The notes under the pieces were generated by a model that did not search any database, was not told the DNA's origin, and worked only from the letters and a program-made list of their open reading frames with translations. From Nemertoderma westbladi (taxonomy: Eukaryota; Animalia; Xenacoelomorpha), in NCBI GenBank assembly GCA_032718475.1, contig JAUCBJ010002693.1, positions 1-64,000 on the forward strand: 64,000 nucleotides of DNA. Reading direction: 5' to 3'. A program made the position numbers and the translations under genes. Positions 1-10,300 of the stretch are shown in pieces; position 1 is the stretch's first letter; the number at the start of each line of letters is the position of its first letter.

Positions 1-748
1 AGTGAGGCATAGTCTATGCCTCAGTGAGTCATAGTCTATGCCTCAGTGCCTCAGTGGGGCAGTGAGGCATAGTCTATGCCTCAGTGAGGCATAGTCTATG
101 CCTCAGTGAGTCATAGTCTATGCCTCAGTGAGTCATAGTCTATGCCTCAGTGCCTCAGTGAGGCCTAGTCTATGCCTCAGTGAGGCCTAGTCTATGCCTC
201 AGTGAGGCCTAGTCTATGCCTCAGTGAGGCATAGTCTATGCCTCAATGAGTCATAGTCTATGCCTCAGTGAGGCATAGTCTATGCCTCAGTGCCCCAGTG
301 AGGCATAGTCTATGCCTCAGTGAGGCATAGTCTATGCCTCAGTGAGTCATAGTCTATGCCTCAGTGTCTCAGTGAGGCATAGTCTATGCCTCAGTGAGGC
401 CTAGTCTACGCCTCAGTGAGGCATAGTCTATGCCTCAGTGCCTCAGTGAGGTATAGTCTATGCCTCAGTGAGGCATAGTCTATGCCTCAGTGAGTCATAG
501 TCTATGCCTCAGTGCCTCAGTGAGGCATAGTCTATGCCTCAGTGAGGCATAGTCTATGCCTCAGTGAGTCATAGTCTATGCCTCAGTGAGTCATAGTCTA
601 TGCCTCAGTGAGTCATAGTCTATGCCTCAGTGCCTCATAGTCTATGCCTCAGTGCCTCAGAGAGGCATAGTCTATGCCTCAGTGCCTCAATGAGGCATAG
701 TCTATGCCTCAGTGAGTCATAGTCTATGCCTCGGTGAGGCATAGTCTG
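1..748. repeat. Tandem minisatellite, 22-bp palindromic unit (AGTGAGGCATAGTCTATGCCTC) with interspersed 8-bp CAGTGCCT-type inserts
   Basis: Directly visible tandem array running off the left edge; each unit contains the inverted repeat TGAGGCATAG-T-CTATGCCTCA. Confidence 0.97.
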
Positions 749-811
749 TGTCAAGTCTTAAATGAGAGTCTTACAAATTCGAGCGTCAACGAGCAAATTC
801 GAAGGTTACTG

Positions 812-905
812 TTCCACCTTGGTGTAGTGGTTGCGTTGAATTCACATCTCCCGTATGTCATGGGTTCGATCCCCGCATGAACCAGGGCAGTTTTCGTTCG
901 GTCAG
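812..905 (+). mobile_element. tRNA-derived SINE-like fragment
   Basis: Pol III A box TGGTGTAGTGG and B box GGTTCGATCC followed by CAGGGCAGTTTT; a related copy lies at ~31075-31150. Confidence 0.55.
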
Positions 906-2119
906 CAATAGGCCTAACGTTGCAAAATGCAGTATTATTGCCTAGTAACCAATTCATGGCTATCGTATGGTTTTCACTTTGAGACATTTCGCCCTCTAGC
1001 GGCAGACGGGGGAACTTCATACTACTCTGTGACTCTGCAAAAGATATAGCCTATGCCATAGTAGATGCCGATTGGGGGGTCAAAATTAAGTAATAATATA
1101 TCTAAATAAGTCTCAAACATCTTGCCTCATGGCTCGCCCCTTAGAACTCTTGAGCAATATAACTTCATAGTTTTTAAGGAAAACTGGTAAATGGGATGTG
1201 TTAATTACGCAACCTCGCAGTCTTAAGTAATTAATTATACAGTAGGTTAGATCGTTTTGAGAATAGGACCATTGGAAAGAGCGCCCTCGATAACCTCAGT
1301 ACAAAGAAAATTAATACGGATTAACCGGATATAGCTTGTTATTATAAAACATAAATTACAGTAGAACAATTAGGGTTGTAAATAAAACAAATTAAATTGA
1401 AGATAAACTGTATATATATATATAAACTTATGTATTAAAAGAGGGCCCTATTTAATTATACAGTATACTGAAAATGGTTAGCGATACCATAATTAGATTA
1501 TCGATAGGGATGCGTGGCTGTATAACAGAAGCAGGTCTGGTGCAAAGGAAAGGGATTAGTAGAGAGGAATGCGTGATTAGAGGCGCTTCATTGTTATGAT
1601 ACGGGCTGCCTGGATATAGGAAAGGGACAAAGCGATGCCGGCTATAATGAGAACAATAGAGGGCCGCTGGAGCATTAGCCTTGGGCGATATACGAATTTG
1701 CTGTAGTCATCGATGGGGCTGCTAACAGACGGGACCGCTCATTTATATTTGCCTTGGGGTATACGTGTAGATTCACTGCCTGTCGTATCTAGTTAATGAA
1801 TAATGAGGACAGAGGAGGGGCCCCCCGCCGATGAACGCAGTTGATAGTTGCCAGTAGGGAGCCGTATACCATAGCCATTATAAAGTTAAAAATAGATATT
1901 ATGTCATAGTGATCTCGTTGGTAATATAAAAACTAATTAATCTAAAAATAGAAATCAATGTATAAAGTAAAAGTAATATATACAATTAATTAATTTAAAA
2001 TAAAGTACAAATGAATAAATAGAATAAAATAAAATAGCAAATAATTAATTAAAATTAGGTACAAATAAATAAGTATTAATGAATAAAAGAGCTGCGGTGT
2101 CACTTATGACACCCTCTTC

Positions 2120-2420
2120 CCCCTTCTCTGCGACAGTTGGACAACACTGATGACCCATTGTGTGTCAGGGCGCTAATCAGTCTGATTAATTAGGATAATC
2201 AATTAAACCCTAATTAGGAGTCATATGACACCTGTTAGGGTTTAATTGTACTAATTAATTGATGACACCTTTCAATTAGGGTCTAATTAGCCTAATTGGG
2301 AGGTGTCACCCAGACAGTCTGGCGCCAATGACACCCAATGACACCCATAGGGTGATAATTGGGTGTCATATGACACCCAATGGGTGTCAGTGGGGTCCAA
2401 CTGTCACAGAGAGGAGGAAG
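2120..2420. mobile_element. MITE-like fold-back element
   Basis: Imperfect terminal inverted repeats (CTCTGCGACAGTTGGAC...CACTGA / TCAGTG...GTCCAACTGTCACAGAG) and internal ATGACACC repeats. Confidence 0.5.
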
Positions 2421-3443
2421 ACCCTACTACTAACGTGGTGGTGAGCAGTTGACATTCCTGAATGTTTGCTCAAAGTCACTCAATCCATTCTTGATATTGC
2501 AGATGAATTTTTGATTTACATGGCCGTGGAGGTCTTGTATTGTGGGGTTGGCGCATGAAATCCATCCTGCTGGCCAGGATGTTTATCGACAACATCTTGA
2601 TTTTTCTGACCTTGGTCCAATTCGGATCTTCATCCTGGAACCGCAGAATAAGGTAGAATAAAGTAAAATACTTACACACAAAGTCGAATAATTATATAAT
2701 CAACCTGCATATTAATAGGGTAGGGTAGTTCTTGTCAAGAGATGAGCAGTTCAAAAAACACGATGTGGTTGGTTATATGTGTGTGTACGTATAACCATAA
2801 CTAATCCAATATCTCAAAAACTCAAGCAGGTACGCAAAATTTTTAAAAGCAAACTCTACATGAATTTTGGTTGCGAAGAAGACTGTATATTTTTTGTGGC
2901 GTTTCGACCACAGGATTACTGAAAAATAGCGATTTTGAAACTTTAATGTCCAATTTTAACGATTTCAACTTGTCGAGTATGTACCAACTTTTTTTTGGGA
3001 TATTGAGTCATCTGAGCAACATATTTTAGCCTCAGAATATTTTCAAATATCGCCAAATATCCAAAAACGCACAACTTCGTCTAAACTAGAAAGGCAGCAA
3101 GCTGGCTATAAGGAGACCGTCCATATAGACAAACGTAGTGTTAGTTGGGTCCCTCCTCATTCATTATCATCAACCTATAAAATATTTAAACGGCCCAGTG
3201 CTTAAATTTCAATCAGGTTGCGAGTAAGTAACCTTATAGATATTCCCATAGGATTCACTGGGAAGAGCTATTCAGCTGACGGGGTAATACAATACAAAGT
3301 AACAGTTGATGTTTGCTTACTGTCTGGGATAGAGGGAGAGAGTAATAAACTTGGCAAGTAATATACTTCTCTGCAGGGTACTGGTTTGGGGGGCAGGTTT
3401 GTTTAAAGCCAGCTTGCTGTTTTTCTAGTGACAAAGAAAGAGG

Positions 3444-3989
3444 CTACTACTACTACTACTAGGATCGGCATGCTGCATTGCAGCTGCATTTTTAAGAATG
3501 CTGTGCCGGCTTATCGACAAAATTGCACCGCCACAACTCCCTATCACCCATGACATTTGCTAGATCATCCGCATCTTCAAGGCCAGTGTCCTTTAAGATG
3601 CGTCTCAAGAAAGTCATGGGCTGTCCACCATGCTTATTCACTCCATGAGGCTGCCAAAGTACAAGATTATGCACTGGCTGGTCCTCACGGCGAAAGCAAT
3701 GTCCTGCAAAGCGGAGGCGATTTTGTTCTAGTGTCAAGCTTGGGGGAACCAATGAGACACCTCCAATGTTATATAGTGTCTGGTTGGAGATGTGTGCATT
3801 GTACTTGACACAATGAACCCGGCGTAGCATTCTTGTGAATGTGCCATCCAGAGATTTGGTGTCCTCAGCAGTTAGAGCCCAGCATGGACTCCCGTAGAGG
3901 AGTACTGGAACTACTGCTGCTCTAAATAATCGGACCTTAAGTTTCCGATTAATTCTCGGTGACTTCCAAATCCTGGAAAGCCTATTCAG
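3444..3989 (-). mobile_element. 5'-truncated RTE-clade LINE (3' end of ORF) with (TAG)n tail
   Basis: Translation LLYGSPCWALT...RLRFAGHCFRR...LVLWQP is typical of the RTE C-terminus; CTA repeats at 3444-3461; near-identical copy at 22282-22860. Confidence 0.88.
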
Positions 3990-4275
3990 AGATGCACACT
4001 TGAATGAAGAGAAGAACGAATCCTAACGTTATAGCTATATCGATTCTCCTCACACAGATTATGATATACTGAGTGTTTGCAATAAATTAATTGATCATTA
4101 ATTAGGAGTTAGGTCTATATATATCATACTCCCTGGGGAATCCTTTAGTCTAATAAAATAAAAATGAAAATGATATATAATTTATTGTATATAATTTATT
4201 GTCCTGTATATCAAGAATGTGACCAACATTTATTTCTATTACTTTCATATTCCACAATACCACTTTTTTTTATAG

Positions 4276-4371
4276 GAGATGTTGACAAAGAAATTGCTGT
4301 TTATCTTTTAAACAAGGATACTGAGTCAACTATAACTAAAGACGAATTTGGTTTCGATGTTATAGATGATG
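4276..4371 (+). CDS. FREM2: FREM2-like exon (end of last CSPG repeat)
   Basis: tatag|GA GAT GTT...GAT GAT G|gtaag; DVDKEIAVYLLNKDTESTITKDEFGFDVIDD. Confidence 0.8.
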
Positions 4372-7300
4372 GTAAGTTGATTAGGTGTATAAAACTGCCA
4401 AACAATTGGAGGCCAATACTTCCTCACCATTTTTAGCACTATTTAGCAAAATAGTTTGATTTCAAAAAGACATTCACGTACCATTTGTCTTTTATTCTCG
4501 AGTCTATTTAATTTCTAGAAGAAATTTAATAAATGAATATAAGGACACCAATTATAATGCCTGTGTGTTTGGAGCTCTTCATCCGATCTGTTCGCGGTAT
4601 TTCAACTTTCCATAACGCGAGTTGAATATTTTTGTATTTTATTAAAATTGATTATTCCGATATTACTACTGGGTGCGGGACCATGGGTTTTGGGCACATT
4701 CTATAAACTGGGGGCGATTTATGGGCGAATTTTGGGGCAACTTACAGGGTACGGGAATAATTTCATAGTTATAAGGGCCAGGGGGGGATGGAAAATGCAA
4801 GCAGTATTCAGGTTAGCCTGAGTACTATTAGGCCCTGGCCAACTTCCTGCTGTCTGTAGGGGTGGATTTGGTAATGCGCCAGGCCTAAAGGACAAGGACT
4901 GCCCTTAGCAGTCCCTGGCCAACAGCAGCCATTACGAGACTGAAAAGAACTCGGACCGCTGACTGCTTGTGTCAGGGATTTGCGACGGGAAACGACGGCC
5001 CCTTAGTAGCCAAGCCGTTCTGGTTCTCGATGATCGAACCCTTCGGGGTTCATGAGGGGTGGAGCGGACACGCGAATGGGTGGCCAACTAACGACTGCCC
5101 CCTGAGCTAAGCCGTACTGGTTCTCGATGACCGATCCCTTCAGGGTTCGCGAGGGGTGGGACGGACATGCGAAAGGGCTGGCCACAGGACGGGTTTGACG
5201 AGGACTGCCCTTAGCGGTCTCTGGTCAACGGCAGCTACTACGAGACTGAAAAGAACTCGGAACGCTGACTGCTTGTACCGGGATCTGCGACGGGAACCAA
5301 CGACAGACCCCTTAGCCAAGCCGTACTGGTTCTCGATGATCGTTCCCTTCGGGGTTCGTGAGGGGTGGAACGGACACGCGATGGGGTCGAAAGACAAAGG
5401 ACTAGACTCGACTAGACTCTACTGGCCTACCGACTGTTCGGAGCAGTTTCTCGGCTGCCGAAGCGACTACGAGCCTGAAAGGGACTCGGAAAGCCTAGGT
5501 GGTTGGGTTTCTGTGATGAACCGACGGACCCCTAGCCAAGCCGTTCTGGTTCTCGATGATCGAACCCTTCGGGGTTCGTGAGGGGTGGAACGGACACGTG
5601 AACGGGTCCACCGACACGACAGACTCCTAGCCAAGCCGTACTGGTTCTCGATGACCAATCCCTTCGGGGGTCGAGAGGGGTGGTACGGATACGCGACAGA
5701 GTCTACCGACTGGACCGACCCTTAGCCAAGCCGTGCTGGTTCTCGATGATCGTTCCCTTCGGGGTTCGTGAGGGGTGGAACGGACACGTGACAGGGTCGA
5801 CCGACACCGACACTACGGTACTAAGACTAGGACCGAGGGAAAATCTGGGGAACATTAGGTAGGCTAAAATCTGAGCGAACAGTGGATAATTAAATAATAT
5901 ACTGTAGGGATTTATATTATCGTGTATAATTATTGTGAATATTTGGTGTATATTGATTTGGGGAAGCCCAAAATTATTCTTAATCAAGGTTCAACAGAGT
6001 TCAGTTACATTAAAGAGTATATCCAACTAATGCAGCTTTTTCTCAACCGCAACCCTGCATCTCAGAAATCATTCCTTCTCCAAAATCAATATCCGGTGAC
6101 TGGCCGGGGCTCAGTGGTCTGTAAAGTCACGTCGCCAGCATCGGCGTTTTTCCCCCCTGGTGTTGGGATAACGGCAACAAAATTAAGAATAATTAATGCG
6201 GTTAATTTTGACAGGGTGTCAAAATTAAGAATAATTACGGTCAACTTCAACTGGTGGAAGTTGAGAATCCTTCAATACTCTTCAAAACTCTCTACGTGCT
6301 TGCCAGCACCCACTACGAGGAAACTCTGGTATTTGAGTTGAGACGAAGTCGTGGTTTAATTAATCAACAAACTCGATCTAACCAACTCATAGTCGGCAGA
6401 TCACATATTTGGAGAGTTGTTAACAGGGAATGGAAGTATCGATCACACCCATTGATATAATCCAAGTTGAGCCAGGAATCTGGCACGTCGAAGTTGAAGT
6501 ACAAGGAACGAACGTCGGACGATTCAGGATTACCGTTCGGGTGGTCCAAGCTGAGTACAATACCTACGAGGAACTGTTTTATGACATCGCGTATCTAGCT
6601 ATCGACGAGGCGTTACAATGACGACAAATAACGTATCCGATACCGACGAGATGGATCACCACACAGACTCGGAAGCCGACGAGGTACCAAACGTCAAGAA
6701 CATGACCCATCGGCTAGGGGCTCTTAAAGGCGGAGTAACCCGAGCGTATCAACGGATGGAGAAACAACTCAAGGGAGTCAAAACCCCCCTCAATGAGGTA
6801 CAAACTCAGCTTCAAAGTATCCGAAATATCCTACAGCGGTACGAAAGAATGATACAGGCGTACCAAGAGCTCGTTCCCCCCACTGATCAGGAAAACTACC
6901 CCAAGTTGGAAGAACACGTTGTACATCTAGATGGGTTCCGCAAACAACACCGGAGGACCCTCAGCCTTGTGAGAGGCTATGAAGAACAGTATTACAAGAG
7001 GGCTGAAAGAACAGACGCGGAATCAGTACGATCCTCCAGCATCAGGACAGCAGTACATCGAAAGAGAACGGGGTCCGCTAGAAATCAGCACTCCAGCGCT
7101 AGGAGCGAGATATCCGGCTCAGCGCGCAGTTCTCAAGGGGCGCCGCCACTCCGAGACCAACTGCGAGAACGGAAGGCATTAGCCCTCAAAGCTCGGATGG
7201 AAGATGAGTATATTCAACTACAAGCCGAGCAAGATGTATTAGCCGCCGAAACACAAAAGCGAGAGGCCGAACAAGCGGCCGAACGGCAGGCCGAACAACG

Positions 7301-10300
7301 CGAACAGGAGGCCGAACAACATAGACGAGAGGCCGAACGGCAGGCCGAACAACGCGAACAGGAGGCTGAACAACATAGACGAGAGGCTGAACGGCATGCC
7401 GAACAACGCAAACAGGAGGCCGAACAACGCGGACGAGAGGCCGAACGAGAGATCGAACAACGTAAATGGGAAGCAGAAATGCGTAAACAACACGCCGAGG
7501 CCCAAGCAATTCTCATCCACAAAAAGAATGCGGATATTGCAAAACTCGCGGAATACGAAGCCGCACTTATAGAACGAGATATTCAACTCTACGAGGACTG
7601 GGAAAGGGATATAGATCAGGAATATGAACCAATCCCGGTACCGGAGTTAGAAAAGTCATTTACACCGACAGCGGCGAACTTTCCGAAACCCGAGATCCCG
7701 CCTACCAAACAGTCTATGCTATCGGCACAAGCACCGGTGTTCCATCCCCCACCGGCTACGCTAAAGAATGATGAACCTTATTTCCCATCCAACACCACGA
7801 CAGCGAGTGTACCCAAGTACGAGCCTGAAAAGGACTCGGAACGGGACGCCACTCCCCGATCGAACAACCCATTTACATCAACACCACAAACTCGTAGCCG
7901 CGTCATTATTAAAACTCCACCTATTATTGATCCATCAAGTATGGGAGTGAGTGCCAATAACTATAACCCTCCGAGTCACTCCAGTTCAGACGACGTCAGC
8001 ATCATCCGGGCGTTGGAGAACCGCCTTGCCATGCCTAAGATGGAGATTCGCACCTTCGAAGGAGATCCCGTCGATTACCTCAGATTCAAGAAACGGTTCT
8101 TTGCGCAGATCGGATCAACGGACATAGCCGACGCACAGAAATTGGTATATTTATCGCAATACTTGGGTGACAAACCACGCAGAATTATTGCATGTTTTGA
8201 AGGAGGTTCTCATGAGGCATACTATGACGCATGGAAAACTCTAGATAAAAGATACGGAAATACTGGAACTATAATTAATAAAACTCTAGAGAGACTGATA
8301 CAGGACGCGGGATCACTAGGGGACCCACAGAACATACAGGAATTCTCCGACTCTATGAAGGATGCCTACTATACTCTGAAACCCTTAAATAAGGAGGACC
8401 AGGTGAACAACATTCTAAACCTCCGACAGATCGCCCGGAAGTTCCCCGGATGGCTACAAAGTAAGTGGGCTTATAAATGTGTAGATCTCCGGCGCAGACA
8501 TCCAGATCGAGATCCTAGCTTCCTTGAAATGTCGGCATTCCTGGACGATATCTCCGAATCCATGAATGACTCGATGTTTTCAAAACATAGTCTCGCAAAG
8601 TTGGACGGAATAGAGAGCAACTCCAGGAGTAAGATAACCCCTCCGAAACCGAGATTCCGCCCCCCACCGGTAAGTACGATGGCCATTACCATGGCCGAGG
8701 ATTCCGACGACGAAGACTACGAGGAACCGACATCCGCCGAGGAATGGGCATGTTATCTCGCGAGTTGGGCACCCGAAAGGGAAGGCATCACAAATTCCCT
8801 GCTCTGTCTCTTCTGTGGGGAGAAACATAAAGTGGAATTCTGCAGAAAGTTTCAGTTCGCCGAACTCGTCCCACGCTTCGAGGCGATAATGAAACACCGA
8901 GGATGCTTCCGGTGTCTTGGAACAGGTCACTATGTTCGGGAGTGCGACCAAAGATCATGCTGTGCTGTCTGTAACGACCAACGCCATCACACGCTCCTCC
9001 ACATCCCCGCGAACTTCGATTTTACTACCCTCCCCTTTCGGATCGAAGCCAGGCGAAGAGGAGAAACAAACCACGTCTTCAAAGGAACCCGGACAACCCA
9101 ACGGAGAGAAACCAACCCGTTTAAAATCTCCACCGATACACCACAAGTAACAAATATTTCGGCCACGATTAATCTTATAAATCGCCGCTACATGGTCTTC
9201 GCAAAGGTAATCCCAGTAAGGATCCAAGGAGTCGGCAAATCTTTGACGACACTCGCGTTCCTCGATAACGGGTCCGACGGAACCATCATCGACCGGGATT
9301 TCCTCGAGCAACTCGGCCTAGAATATGAACCTTGTAAACGGCCCATACAAACCATCACCGATAACAGAGAGGTAGAGTCCGGGGAGGTGCAACTCCAGAT
9401 GGAAGGAGTGATGAAGGGCTACGAAACGGCTAAGTTAACCATCAAGAACGCCTTGGTACACACAGACCTCCGGGTGCGGTTCCGACAATCAGCCGAGTAC
9501 CCCCCCTCATACAATTGGACCGAGACGATGTAGACCTGAGGTGTCCGCAGTTGGACGTAAACCGTATCACCCTACTGATCAGACTTGATACACCGGAACT
9601 ACACATCCCCACCGGAGATATCGCCCGATCTATAAACCAGGATGACGGATTTTATGCTGAACGAACAATAATGGGATGGACACTCTGCGGCATTAAGGAG
9701 GAAACTACGGACACCTATACCTACCTTCCCAAATGTCAGATTAAAGAGAATGTAACCTCTGTGGGTTATTGCTCAGCTTCGGATCTTGACGAGGATTTGT
9801 TTCTGGAAACCGAGAAAACCCAACGAGAGATGACGAAATATTTTAATTTGGAGACCCAGGAGTTCGCGGAAAAGGACGAAAACCCATCCGAAGAGGACCA
9901 ATATTGTATGGACGTTCTCGACCAGGCCACGTTTAAAGACGGACACTGGTGTTCACCTATGTTATGGAAGGACCCAAACAAACCAATGGCAAACAACGCC
10001 AGCATGGCACTTAGGCGACTTAAAGGGATTCTACGCCGGCTGAATGACCAACCCGAGATAAAGGAGAAGTATAATACCGTAATCCAAGGATATCTCGATG
10101 ATGGATTAGCAGAAATGGTACCACGGAACGAACTGCAAGGTGGTAAAAGAACATATTATCTCCCAACCCACTATGTAGTAGAAGCCCGCAAAGGTGGGAA
10201 AATCCGAGTGGTAAATGATGCTGCCGCTATGTACCAGGGCGAATCCCTAAACAGTCAACTTTACACGGGACCCAACATATATAGCACACTCATCGGCGTA

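Larger units (their letters stand above)
4589..6179 (+). repeat. 5' LTR (~1.59 kb)
   Basis: About 99% identical by eye to 17305-18893; TG...CA termini. Confidence 0.97.

Noticed and set aside
4902-5799. LTR array as a CRISPR-like repeat-spacer array
   Set aside because: Eukaryotic LTR context, ~85-nt structured units of two kinds, short linkers that are not unique spacers, and no cas genes.
4902-5799. LTR hairpins as known self-cleaving ribozymes (hammerhead, HDV, twister, pistol)
   Set aside because: No CUGANGA/GAAA core, and I could not build the required pseudoknots by eye; an unknown ribozyme class is not excluded without an assay.
5003-6341. Short ORFs in the LTRs (also 17719-18905)
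   Set aside because: They arise from GC-rich repeated hairpins, occur on both strands and have no domain signal.
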